Of a DNA stretch of 64,000 nt, positions 10,484-20,825 are shown one piece after another. Under the pieces are notes generated by a model. The model made no database searches and had not been told where the DNA came from. It worked only from the letters and a program-made list of their open reading frames with translations. Origin of the DNA: Gammaproteobacteria bacterium (GTDB taxonomy: Bacteria; Pseudomonadota; Gammaproteobacteria; UBA4575); NCBI GenBank assembly GCA_965222615.1, contig CBDCUI010000007.1, positions 288,001 to 352,000 of the forward strand. The letters are read 5' to 3'. Numbering within the stretch: position 1 is the stretch's first letter; the number at the start of each line of letters is the position of its first letter. The translations under genes and the position numbers were made by a program.

Positions 10484-10918
10484 ATGTTAAGTAGCGACTC
10501 ACAAAAACTAGAATTACTTAAGCAAACATATCCAAAAGTTAAAGCCCATAGCCATGAAATTGGAGAAAAAACATATGCATATATGTTTGCGGAAAACTCG
10601 GAGATTAGAAAACTTTTTAAAAATACAACCCCAGAACAATCACAAAGATTGGTCGACACAATAATGTTGTACTGTGGAGAAGTAGATAATTTTAATTTAA
10701 TATACGCAAAACTAGATAAGATCGCTCACATACATATTCAATACGGTATCAAAAATGAATATTACCCATTTATGAAAAAAGCATTTATACAAGCGTTACG
10801 TGATACCTTAAAAGCAGATGCAACTGAAGAATTAGTACATGTATGGGCTTATTGGTTTGATCGCTTGAGTATCGAACTCATTCACATCGAAGACTTAATA
10901 AGAGAATATCAAAACTAG
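10484..10918 (+). CDS. Single-domain globin (Vgb/flavohemoglobin-like)
   Basis: Y..MF...EIRKLF, E7 Gln, proximal IAHIH, W.Y.F. Confidence 0.85.
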   Translation: MLSSDSQKLELLKQTYPKVKAHSHEIGEKTYAYMFAENSEIRKLFKNTTPEQSQRLVDTIMLYCGEVDNFNLIYAKLDKIAHIHIQYGIKNEYYPFMKKAFIQALRDTLKADATEELVHVWAYWFDRLSIELIHIEDLIREYQN

Positions 10919-10942
10919 CAACATATCGCTTATTAGAAAATA

Positions 10943-11209
10943 TTAAACGCCTATATTCGAGAGCTTGACCATGATGTCGTTTAATATGCTTGTTATTCTT
11001 GGATGCTCAACCTCAAACTTCTCGATATGCCCTTGAATACTCTCCATTAATGAATTTTTATGTTGCTTATCTTCCAATCCTTGGATTTGTTGCTCGATAC
11101 TAGATATCAAATGACTAAGCTCTTGGTGTACATCGCTGTTCACCTCTAAGTTTTCCAATTCACTACGTAGCTTATTAAGCTTGTGGTGCAAATCCTCCTG
11201 ACTCATCAT
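10943..11209 (-). CDS. DUF4404-like small helical protein
   Basis: C-terminal FEVEHPRITSILNDIMVKLSNIGV. Confidence 0.75.
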   Translation of the reverse strand: MMSQEDLHHKLNKLRSELENLEVNSDVHQELSHLISSIEQQIQGLEDKQHKNSLMESIQGHIEKFEVEHPRITSILNDIMVKLSNIGV

Positions 11210-11253
11210 TCTTTCTTCATATAGTTAATTCGTTAAAAATTAAATCTAGATTA

Positions 11254-12303
11254 TTACTCCATTACCATAGTTACCGTCGGACGTTTCTCAAGTGTCCATT
11301 GATGCATAGAACCATCATAGAGTTGTGTGTTTTTATACCCTAGCACTTCACTGAAAAAGAACCATCCACCAGAAGCCATATTGCCAGTGTTGCAATAGGC
11401 AATCTGATTACCATCCGACTTGATTTCCAATGCTGTTGCCAATTGTTGAGCCTGTTGCTTTGAAACTAGTTTAGTGGGTACACCACTTGTAAAGATCAAC
11501 TCAGTTGGAAAGTTTCTTGCTCCAGGAATATGCCCCAAGGCGCTCACCGAAGAGCTTTTATAGGTACCCAAATATTGGCCAATTGGTCTAATGTCAACTA
11601 ATTGTGCTGACTTAGTCTGCGATTCAGTTGCGACTTCTTCACTCGTTGCTAATAACTCATCACGCTGTGCCGAAGCAACCCAATTACCAGGACTAGGTTT
11701 GACTGGTTTAACACTAACTTCTCGATTTTCGATTAACCATTGCGCCAAACCACCATTTAGAATAGCAAGGTTATCGTGACCATAGTACTTTAGTTGCCAG
11801 TACAAACGAGTAGCCAACAAGATATCGCCACCACCACTTCCCTTGCTAACAATTATAATGGTACTGTCTTCATTGACCCCGGCCTTTTGTATTAGTTTTT
11901 CAAACACATCCTTTTCAGGCAGCATATTCTTAACAACGTTTTTACCAACTTTGCGATCAGCACGCACTTCTTTAAAGTTCACTAAACTGGCATTTGCAAT
12001 ATGTCCACCAACCCTAACTAAATGTTGTTTGCCAGTTTTCTTATCTTTAAAGAACTTAGGCTCAAAGGTAAAGCTTTGCAGGTCTCCACGCACATCAAGT
12101 ATGACTACTTGTGATATATTTTCTGCTAACCAATTTGTCTCAACTAAAGGGCCTGGTACCTGTACGGCTTGAGCTGAGCTACTAATTAATACCAGGACCA
12201 GTATAGTCAATATATAATGAATAATTCTCACCCGTATCTCCTTAAAATTATCATACTTATTTATCAATTTTGTTTGAAAAGCTAAATACACATTTTGACT
12301 CAT
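11254..12303 (-). CDS. Exported tandem-rhodanese sulfurtransferase
   Basis: Signal-like segment, GHIANA/GHIPGA repeats, catalytic YCNTG, LYDGSMHQW. Confidence 0.9.
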   Translation of the reverse strand: MSQNVYLAFQTKLINKYDNFKEIRVRIIHYILTILVLVLISSSAQAVQVPGPLVETNWLAENISQVVILDVRGDLQSFTFEPKFFKDKKTGKQHLVRVGGHIANASLVNFKEVRADRKVGKNVVKNMLPEKDVFEKLIQKAGVNEDSTIIIVSKGSGGGDILLATRLYWQLKYYGHDNLAILNGGLAQWLIENREVSVKPVKPSPGNWVASAQRDELLATSEEVATESQTKSAQLVDIRPIGQYLGTYKSSSVSALGHIPGARNFPTELIFTSGVPTKLVSKQQAQQLATALEIKSDGNQIAYCNTGNMASGGWFFFSEVLGYKNTQLYDGSMHQWTLEKRPTVTMVME

Positions 12304-12331
12304 ATCATTTTAGATGGTTTTATTTAATACA

Positions 12332-12940
12332 TTAGGTCAATACATTTTCCAAATTATTCAACAGCTCAATTGATTGACTCGATAGCTCATAAATATTTTT
12401 GTTCTTGAATACATTTTTGTCAGCAGCTGATTTTTGTAACTGATTTAATTGAGCATCTCTTTCACGCAATAACTTATCTATCGTGCTACGATAAAACCAT
12501 AGCATAGCCAACAACCAACGTTCAGCTAATGTTACATCATCCACAGATGGCAACTTAACTAACAACGAAACCAACTCGCTTGCACTTGCCCAAGTTTGTC
12601 CGGTAACCCAGTGATTGACCGTAAACCAACACAATGGCTGGCCCATTGAATCCATGGCAAGTGCCGTGATGTGAGACCATTTTTCCAAGTTCTGGCTTGC
12701 ATTATTTAACCTTACAAATAAATGAAAATGACCATGTTCGTTATGTGCTGTGTTTGGTGCAGTATGGCAGTGATAATAGGCACGCCAATTTTCACTTGCA
12801 AAGCGCAAGTAACCATCAGGATATTTTTGATTCTCAATAATTTGCGGATCTGGCCCTAGAAGATCCAAGACTGGATTGGTTTGCATCTCTCCCATTTCCT
12901 GGATTACCCGCAAGAGTCGTAGCGCAGCATCCTTAGACAT
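12332..12940 (-). CDS. His-rich conserved protein (DUF6969-like)
   Basis: YYHCH...EHGHFHLF, HITALAMD..G.P...FTVNHWVTG. Confidence 0.65.
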   Translation of the reverse strand: MSKDAALRLLRVIQEMGEMQTNPVLDLLGPDPQIIENQKYPDGYLRFASENWRAYYHCHTAPNTAHNEHGHFHLFVRLNNASQNLEKWSHITALAMDSMGQPLCWFTVNHWVTGQTWASASELVSLLVKLPSVDDVTLAERWLLAMLWFYRSTIDKLLRERDAQLNQLQKSAADKNVFKNKNIYELSSQSIELLNNLENVLT

Positions 12941-12981
12941 TGCCGACCATTATGTCATCCTTGGGTTTATTACAATGCAGG

Positions 12982-13173
12982 TCAATCCAGTCCACAGGGG
13001 TTGCTTAGACCAAAACCACAAGGTGCCATATCCTCGTCAAAATACTCTCGCTGTTCTTCTTCAATCTGTGGTTGAGCTTCAGGCAATTGATGGCGGGTAT
13101 GGTCAAGTGCCACTGCAATAGTGGCAAGCCCAATTGCACCACCCATAATCCAGCGGTTTTGGCGATGTTTCAT
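12982..13173 (-). CDS. Small membrane-anchored protein with a C-terminal PCG..NPCG motif
   Basis: Start overlaps the YeeE stop; one hydrophobic helix; two PCG repeats. Confidence 0.55.
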   Translation of the reverse strand: MKHRQNRWIMGGAIGLATIAVALDHTRHQLPEAQPQIEEEQREYFDEDMAPCGFGLSNPCGLD

Positions 13174-14369
13174 ATCCTAATCGTTAGCGGTTTATCCAGT
13201 TGCAATAATGTACGCAAGTACACACCTATTATATTACCGCTGAAACCTGCTACCAACCACAACCACCCATGCAAACTACCCGAAGAGACTCCAGCAAGTA
13301 AGGCACCGATATTGCAGCCAAATGCTAAACGTGCACCATACCCTAGCAACAAACCACCAACTACTGCCGAGACAAAACCACTCCATTGCATATTACTCGT
13401 GGGTGCAAATTTACCTGCCAGTGCAGCAGCTAGAACGGCCCCTAAAATAATTCCAAAATCCATAAGCGAGGTAACATCAGCTAACACACTTTGCTCAAGC
13501 GCTTGCGCAGGGTAACCGCTACTCCAATAAGACCATGCGGAAACATCACCTCCCAGTGCTGTCCAAATTTTGGCACCCCATAACCCAAAAGCAAATGTAA
13601 TGGACCAAGTGTGACCTGCAACTAATAAAGTTAGCAAACTTAAAACTGCAAGACTCAACGCACCCCACCACATTGGCCACGGCCCAAACATAAGTTGTTT
13701 GGCAACATTACCTGTCTCACTCGCAGTTAGCCTTTTTATTTCATGATTTCGACACTGTTCCATTCTACTAACCATCACATAGATCACAACTAACACCGCG
13801 AGCTGTAAAAACAAAGCTGGCGGCCATCCAAACAATTGAACAATTGAAATTTCACCAAGGTCAGGTAAGTTCAACCACCAAGGCAAATGTATAGAACCTA
13901 CGAACGCGCCAACAATAAAAAAACCTAAAGTGATCAACATGCGTACGTGACCTCCACCCACAGTAAACAAAGTCCCGGACCCACAACCACCGCCAAGCTG
14001 CATACCAACACCAAACAAGAAGGCGCCAATCAATACAGAAACGCCTACCGGCGCAAGTGCCCCCTGTACAGTAAAATTTGAAAATAAACCTCCCAATACA
14101 GGGAAAAATAACAACGTGCAGAGCATAAACAATAGAAGTTGTGCACGGATACCTGCACTAAGTCGCTCTTGAATAAAATTACGCCAGGCACCGGTGAACC
14201 CAAACGAGGCATGATACAAGCTAATTCCAAGCGCAGCACCAATAAGGAATAGAATGGCTTGTTTACTGGAAAATGCATGCTGTAAAAATAATGTAATAGC
14301 TAATACTGCCAATATCGAGAGAATAGCTACCGTTATGTCCGGCTTTTTTGTTGCTGACTCAGCCTGCAT
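13170..14369 (-). CDS. YeeE/YedE (TsuA-like) sulfur-compound transporter
   Basis: GMQLGGGCGSGTL and GARLAFGCNIG motifs. Confidence 0.92.
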   Translation of the reverse strand: MQAESATKKPDITVAILSILAVLAITLFLQHAFSSKQAILFLIGAALGISLYHASFGFTGAWRNFIQERLSAGIRAQLLLFMLCTLLFFPVLGGLFSNFTVQGALAPVGVSVLIGAFLFGVGMQLGGGCGSGTLFTVGGGHVRMLITLGFFIVGAFVGSIHLPWWLNLPDLGEISIVQLFGWPPALFLQLAVLVVIYVMVSRMEQCRNHEIKRLTASETGNVAKQLMFGPWPMWWGALSLAVLSLLTLLVAGHTWSITFAFGLWGAKIWTALGGDVSAWSYWSSGYPAQALEQSVLADVTSLMDFGIILGAVLAAALAGKFAPTSNMQWSGFVSAVVGGLLLGYGARLAFGCNIGALLAGVSSGSLHGWLWLVAGFSGNIIGVYLRTLLQLDKPLTIRI

Positions 14370-14628
14370 AGCAAAATGAACTTTAATCTTACACTTTTTA
14401 TATAGAGAAGAAACAGCAGGTCTGATCGAAATCAGACCATATCTTTAAGTACTTTCAACTTCTATAATATTATCTCAAAACAATTCGCTCATCCTCAAAA
14501 CGGATTTTATGGTCTTTTCATAAACGATGATTTAGCGTCCTGCTTGAAAAATTGTAGTAAGGTTAAAAATCAACTATTAGCATTGTTCTGCTAACACCTA
14601 CACAAACACCTGTATATAGGATGTTTAT

Positions 14629-14660
14629 TTCAGCCTGTACACTCACATGTACAGCCTGAA
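14629..14660. repeat. 13-bp inverted repeat, possible operator
   Basis: TTCAGCCTGTACA-N6-TGTACAGCCTGAA (1 mismatch) in a divergent intergenic region. Confidence 0.45.
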
Positions 14661-15113
14661 AGGCTTATCAATGCGCACAAATCTGAACTTGATATAACCC
14701 CTCTATTATCGTTTATCAACCACTAAGCCATCATTTTTTAAAGAATCTCCTAATAAAGCCGAGACATTATTACAGGACTCGTCTTTTTTTAACAACGGCA
14801 AATAATTTAAGTGGGACTAGCTATGCATTAAGCCCAGGACATTTATATGGACCATTTCTTTGAGATTTATATTTCAAATTCGTGAAAGTGGCATTTCTGC
14901 TTATCAAAAACGATAGACATGAATAATAGCTACACACCTCAAATACTAAAACGGCTGTGTATTATTAAGAAGATCGGATATAACTTTCTAGACAACAGGT
15001 TTCACATATTAAACAAACAAGACAGTAACTATGAACAATCTACCCTAGTAAAATAAATTAAAAAGTTTGCATACAAGATTGGACTGTATTGAGGCATTGT
15101 AAAATTTAGTAAT

Positions 15114-17345
15114 ATGAATGTAAAAACTAAAAACATAACTGTGCTTGTTGTTGATGATGATTACTCTATGCGCCTTTTAGCACGAAAAACACTTGAGGCT
15201 TCTGGGTTTATTGTAGAAGAACAATCTAATGGAGAAGACGGTCTAAAAGCATTTCAATCAGCGTGTCCAGATATAGTTTTACTTGATGTAGTCATGCCAA
15301 AAAAAGATGGCTTTGAAACCTGTTATGAAATTAGAAATTTACCAATGGGTAAACAGATCCCTATTTTAATGATGACTAGCCTTAACGACATAAAATCAAT
15401 TGAACGTGCCTATCAAATGGGCGCAACTGATTTCATAACTAAACCAATTAACTATACGTTACTAGGGCATCGAGTATTCTACATGCTGCGATCAAAACAG
15501 CTATTCGATGATCTTCAGTTGAGTGAGAAAAAATTATCTCATGCACTACAATTAGCAAAATTAGGCCAGTGGGAATTAGACATTAACAGCGGTTTTATAG
15601 ACTTTTCGAAAACTGCTGCAAGGTTATTTAATATTATAAAAACAAGTCTTCCTGAAAATACTGAAGAACTATTAGCACTTATCCATCCTGATGACAGAAA
15701 CACATTCAAGCTTAATTTGGATCGAGCAATTGAGAGCCGAAAGGGTTTAGGATTTGAACACAGAGGTAATACGCACAATGGATCTGAAAAAACTTACTAT
15801 CAACAATTAGAATGTATTCGGGACGAACAAGAAAATAAACTTAAATTAGTTGCTACAGTGCAAGATATAACTGCTCGCAAACAAACAGAAAGAAAAATAT
15901 TTAAACTTTCACATTATGATGAACTAACCGGATTACCTAATCGTACTTTCTTTAATGAATACGTGAATAACATATTGGAACAAGCAAAACGCCATGGTAA
16001 ATACTTTTCCATACTCACTGTCGATCTAGATAATTTTAAACGAATCAATGACACATACGGACTTTCCACAGGTGACGAATTATTGAAATTAGTTGCAGGG
16101 AGACTGTTAAAGTCAATTCGACAGGGAGATTGTGTAACGCGTGAGCTGAGAATTCAGCATATAACTCAAGAACCAGTATCTCTTGCAAGATCGGATGGGG
16201 ACACCTTTTATCTAGTACTAACTGAAATTCAAAAGTTAGAAAATGTTGCATCTGTGTCTGAAAGATTACAAAAATTATTTTTGGAGCCCTTTAATATAGG
16301 GGGCGATAACTTATATATGAGTGCAAGTATAGGAATATCCGTATACCCAAATGATGGAGAAAATGCTGAAACATTAATAAAAAATGCTAACTCAGCATTA
16401 CATTTCGCTAAAGAAAATGGAAAAAATTGTTATTGTTACTATACTAAAAATTTACAAGAACGCGCATCGGAGCGCCTATCGCTTGAAAATCACTTACACA
16501 CAGCTGTAGAAGAAAATCATTTTAATCTATATTACCAACCCAAAATTCACATATTAAAGAAAGAAATTGTTGGGTTTGAAGCATTACTTCGATGGGATGA
16601 TCCTAAATTAGGGCAAGTTCCACCAATGAAATTCATACCTATTGCTGAAGATAACGGTTTAATTATACCAATAAGCGAATGGATCCTTACTGAGGTTTGT
16701 TCCCAAGCACTTTCTTGGCAAACTGCTCAAGTAGAAAACTTCCACATAGCGGTTAATATTTCTGCACATCATTTTAAATCAGGTTCTCTGATCGAATCCG
16801 TCAAACGCGCTCTAGCTGAAACTAATTTAAACCCTACATATTTGCAGCTTGAAGTAACTGAAGGAACTTTAATGGAAGATGTGGCATCTAGTACAAGCAT
16901 TTTAAACAAATTAAAAAGGATGGGTGTGAGTATTGCTCTAGATGATTTTGGCACGGGATATTCGTCACTCAATTACCTCAAGCGTTTTCCAATTGATGTT
17001 TTAAAAATTGATAAATCATTTATTTCTGAACTTGAAGAAGACCCCAACAATAAAGCCATTATAGGTGCAATCATTGATTTAGCAGAGAATCTCCAACTCA
17101 ATGTAATTGCAGAAGGTGTTGAAACACAACAGCAACTAAGCTTTCTTTTGTCGCATCACTGTTATGAAATACAAGGTTATTATTTTAGTAAACCTCTATG
17201 CGCAAAGGATATTGAAAAATTTATCTCAGAAAAAAACTACAAAGAAAAGTGTGAGTCAATTGAACCGATTTTTGATAAGAATTTATCTAGTCTACTTGAA
17301 ACATCATCAAGTAAAAAAAGAATTGTCAACGATAAATATAATTAA
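15114..17345 (+). CDS. REC-PAS-GGDEF(degenerate)-EAL c-di-GMP phosphodiesterase response regulator
   Basis: REC (DD, LLDVVMP), PAS, GGDEF site read as DGDTF, intact EAL, DDFGTGYSS, EGVE. Confidence 0.92.
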   Translation: MNVKTKNITVLVVDDDYSMRLLARKTLEASGFIVEEQSNGEDGLKAFQSACPDIVLLDVVMPKKDGFETCYEIRNLPMGKQIPILMMTSLNDIKSIERAYQMGATDFITKPINYTLLGHRVFYMLRSKQLFDDLQLSEKKLSHALQLAKLGQWELDINSGFIDFSKTAARLFNIIKTSLPENTEELLALIHPDDRNTFKLNLDRAIESRKGLGFEHRGNTHNGSEKTYYQQLECIRDEQENKLKLVATVQDITARKQTERKIFKLSHYDELTGLPNRTFFNEYVNNILEQAKRHGKYFSILTVDLDNFKRINDTYGLSTGDELLKLVAGRLLKSIRQGDCVTRELRIQHITQEPVSLARSDGDTFYLVLTEIQKLENVASVSERLQKLFLEPFNIGGDNLYMSASIGISVYPNDGENAETLIKNANSALHFAKENGKNCYCYYTKNLQERASERLSLENHLHTAVEENHFNLYYQPKIHILKKEIVGFEALLRWDDPKLGQVPPMKFIPIAEDNGLIIPISEWILTEVCSQALSWQTAQVENFHIAVNISAHHFKSGSLIESVKRALAETNLNPTYLQLEVTEGTLMEDVASSTSILNKLKRMGVSIALDDFGTGYSSLNYLKRFPIDVLKIDKSFISELEEDPNNKAIIGAIIDLAENLQLNVIAEGVETQQQLSFLLSHHCYEIQGYYFSKPLCAKDIEKFISEKNYKEKCESIEPIFDKNLSSLLETSSSKKRIVNDKYN

Positions 17346-17569
17346 CCTGCTCTGTTTATTATTGGTTAAATAAAAACTTTAACCTAGCAAAACCGTTTCC
17401 AATCCAGGCTTTCTCTGAATACCCAACTCATCTCATTGTAGGGCAGGTGGCATGTTTCTCATCTAAACCACTGGGAGACATCCAGCATTTATCGCAGAGA
17501 GCCAAATTATGGGGGTCCTAATAGCGATAATTAATTATGAGTTAGTGACTTATTATTGAGACGCGTTTA

Positions 17570-17659
17570 TGTACAGATAAAATACATATATTTGACATCC
17601 ATAAACTAAAATATACATAATATGTACAGATTATATTGAATATAAACAAATTTTATACA
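17570..17659 (+). promoter_or_regulatory. Phased TnnACA direct repeats over the merR-family promoter
   Basis: TnnACA at 17570, 17592 (=TTGACA), 17612, 17623, 17643, 17654; near matches at 17581 and 17602; 10-11 bp period. Confidence 0.55.
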
Positions 17660-17680
17660 GTACAAAATAGGAAGCGCTAT

Positions 17681-18682
17681 ATGGAAGTTGAAACTAAAGA
17701 TAATCGCTACCGGATTGGTGCAGTGTCACGCATTACGGGTATCGGTGTAGAAACTCTACGCGCATGGGAACGTCGCTATGCCGCCGTGGTGCCGAAGCGC
17801 ACCGATACTGGAGATCGAATTTATTCGCGAGACGACATCGCTAAACTACTACTACTCAAAACCTTGGTCGATGCAAGTATTTCTATAAGTTCTATAGCTA
17901 GCCTAAACCTGGAAGAATTAAAAGATAGAGTTGAATCTGACCCAATCTTAAATAAAGCTCATCTCAACACGTCCTCAAATACTAAATCGGCAAAAGAGAT
18001 GACTTGTCGTATTGCACTATTGGGAGATGGCTTCCCCATACGCGTTTTAGATGGCCTTGAGGAAATAAGCGGAATCGAAATTATTGGGGCATTTCAAAAC
18101 ATAGATGAACTACAAACAAAAATACAATCTATTACCCAGCCTGATATTGTTATTGTAGAAAGGCCTACAATAAACAAAAACACAAAATCCGAACTGCAAG
18201 AAATACGTACTATATGTGGAGCCTGGCACATAATATTAATCTATGGATTTAGTTCGCAAAAACTAATTGAACGTAATCAATCCCCTCAAACAACTGTTGT
18301 TCGGTCATCAATCGATGTACAAGAGTTAGCTCGATTATGCATCTATCATTCAGGAGGCAGCAGACAGTTACCTAAATTAGAGTCAGGATCCACCTTGCAT
18401 TTTGAACAAACTATCCCAACCAGATGTTTTAGTAATCAGCAATTATCAGCGTTGGCTAATTTATCCTATGCCCTTAAATGTGAGTGCCCAAAGCATATTT
18501 CCGACTTAGTAAGAGATTTAGTTGCTTTTGAGATTTACAGTGCAGAGTGTGAAAATGAAAACCCAGATGACGCCGCTTTACATTCATATTTGCATGCAAT
18601 GACAGCACAAGCACGATCAATATTAGAGGAGGCTCTGTCGCATCTAATTCGAGCTGAAGGGATCCCGCTTAAGGCGAATTAA
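17681..18682 (+). CDS. MerR-family (CarH/LitR-like HTH) regulator with a C-terminal CECP Cys/His domain
   Basis: YRIGAVSRITG...TLRAWERRY..V.P.RT..G.R.Y; C-terminal CECPKH...ECEN...LH. Confidence 0.85.
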   Translation: MEVETKDNRYRIGAVSRITGIGVETLRAWERRYAAVVPKRTDTGDRIYSRDDIAKLLLLKTLVDASISISSIASLNLEELKDRVESDPILNKAHLNTSSNTKSAKEMTCRIALLGDGFPIRVLDGLEEISGIEIIGAFQNIDELQTKIQSITQPDIVIVERPTINKNTKSELQEIRTICGAWHIILIYGFSSQKLIERNQSPQTTVVRSSIDVQELARLCIYHSGGSRQLPKLESGSTLHFEQTIPTRCFSNQQLSALANLSYALKCECPKHISDLVRDLVAFEIYSAECENENPDDAALHSYLHAMTAQARSILEEALSHLIRAEGIPLKAN

Positions 18683-18847
18683 ATAAATTTTTCACATTTA
18701 TTCAGACTATTTATAAACACCGACTACTTCAATGTAGAACTGTTCGTGTTTAAATTAATCGCAAGAAAAGTTTAGTATATATTATGGATAGGGCTCACTG
18801 CTGCCAAAAATTGAATGACTCAACTAATAGCTACAAGTCCATGATGT

Positions 18848-19723
18848 TTATTGCAACCCTAATTTACCAACCACTTGATTACCTAAACGTTTTCCATATT
18901 TCCAAATATCACGACCTTCTTCATTACATTCTAATTTCACAAGCCTTCTATCAGTATTCTCGATGCTGCGCAGCCGTTTGATGAGGCCATTTGCTTCTAA
19001 AAATTCAAGAATTTTGGAAACTTTCGGGCGTGCCAGACCTAATTGCTTACTGATTTGAGTGGGGGTAGCAAAACTAGATTCAACTACCTTATCTAATACT
19101 CTCCATTCAATTAAGTTAATACCTTTTCTTCTTAATAATTCATCCATCTCATCAAATACCTTATAAGCGACATCGGATGCAATGGCGATATCATCGATAC
19201 TAAAGTTATTAACAAGGTTAACTTCCTTTAATTGCTTATCTATTACCTGACCCAAATCAATCAATAGATCTTTATCTTTTTGACTAAAGTTGCGTGGGCG
19301 ATTATCCATAATACATAAGGTCCCAATATTTGCTCCCGAAGTAGATTGCAATATATAGCTCATGTAATACTTAATATTGGGCTTATTGATTACAATAGGG
19401 TTATCACTAAATCGTGGGTCAAGGCTCATATCTTGAATTTCGTATATGCGTGAATAAATGTTATCCGTGATATTCTGATTAATCGTATGGCCACAAATAG
19501 ATGTAGAGCGACCGATCTCGTCAACATTTAAACCCTGTTTTGACTTAAACCACACCCGTTTCTCGTCGACAAAGCATATCGATGACATAGGGACATCAAA
19601 CAACTTTGCAGCAATTCGTGTAACACGGTCATAGATTTCTTCAGGTTTAGTATCCAGAATTTTAAGTACGTAAAGAGCACGCAAACGTTCAATTTCATTT
19701 TCTGGTATAGGTGCTAATTTCAT
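18848..19723 (-). CDS. GAF domain - MarR-type wHTH fusion regulator
   Basis: ERLRALY.LKILDT.PE..YD GAF ending GTLCIMD..PR; C-terminal LE.NGLIKR....DRRLV...NEEG. Confidence 0.85.
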   Translation of the reverse strand: MKLAPIPENEIERLRALYVLKILDTKPEEIYDRVTRIAAKLFDVPMSSICFVDEKRVWFKSKQGLNVDEIGRSTSICGHTINQNITDNIYSRIYEIQDMSLDPRFSDNPIVINKPNIKYYMSYILQSTSGANIGTLCIMDNRPRNFSQKDKDLLIDLGQVIDKQLKEVNLVNNFSIDDIAIASDVAYKVFDEMDELLRRKGINLIEWRVLDKVVESSFATPTQISKQLGLARPKVSKILEFLEANGLIKRLRSIENTDRRLVKLECNEEGRDIWKYGKRLGNQVVGKLGLQ

Positions 19724-20039
19724 TTGATAAAAATCCTCAAATTTAAATCTGACTTGTTAAGATATTCATATAAATAATAGTGTATTTTATCATTAAGTTG
19801 TATTTATCGTGCTATCTATAACAATAATAAGTACTATAAATTTGTTTCATATAACAGACCTAATAAGTAATAGGTGTTGTTATCCATTTTGTAAGTAAAT
19901 ATCAAAGTTCATTTTTACCTATATTATATTTTAAAAAAAATAAATATTCTTTTTATAAAATATCCATCAATTCAGTATTTACTCACGTTTAATTTTCTTC
20001 AAGTTAAGCTTACTTTTATTACTTACTCTTGCACTTTAT

Positions 20040-20336
20040 TTGTGCAAAGGAGTGCAGTTGGTCATTCAATACAAGCATGAATTTGCACTTTTAACAAACG
20101 ATGATGCATGTTCCCCTAAAATTAAAGGGATTATGCGTAAAGATGAAAGTGCTGTGATTTTACCACCAGAATATGAACAGCAACTAAAGACCGCACATAA
20201 ACTCCGCTACTATAAAGCTTCTCTAAAAACCAGTGACTACATAATTAAAGCGTATTATCGTGATACCCAAAGACCATTAACTAAGTGGTTAATCAAACCT
20301 ATTGTGGTTCTATTAACTAAATCTGTAGGGCATTAA
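20040..20336 (+). CDS. Hypothetical small protein
   Basis: ORF only; no recognisable motif; start uncertain. Confidence 0.3.
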   Translation: MCKGVQLVIQYKHEFALLTNDDACSPKIKGIMRKDESAVILPPEYEQQLKTAHKLRYYKASLKTSDYIIKAYYRDTQRPLTKWLIKPIVVLLTKSVGH

Positions 20337-20825
20337 AAGCACAATCAACCATCTCTTAAATTAGACTAAATCTAATCAGTTAGTAATATCCCCACTTTGA
20401 AATAAGGCGAGAAGAAAAAGCCGTTTGTACTGTACGGATGAAATAAGTAAAAAAACGTCAATACTATTTTAAAAAAATAATCTTTCTCATAACGCATATC
20501 CCGTTATTTTGATTAAAAGATCGAATCCGCATAATAAAAAAGAATTATAGCTAAAACACGCTCATCACGGTAGGCAAAACAATGAAAGTAATTGTGGCTA
20601 TTCACTGGTATCTAATCGAGGGCAGTAAATAGGGGGCAGGATTGAACTAACTTGATATCAATTATCACCTTGGGCTTCATTTATTCGAAGATTGTCTGTA
20701 GTAATGCCAAGTTAAGCACTCCCCCATCAGACTATCGCCATGGGAATTTTCAATGCACAATGAAGCAAAGAGTAGAAGGGTTAGAGCCTTGTTTCTTAAA
20801 ATACGCTCTTTATATTATTTAGTTG

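Noticed and set aside
15114-17345. Active diguanylate cyclase
   Set aside because: The GGDEF site reads DGDTF, so cyclase activity is unlikely; the EAL motifs are intact.
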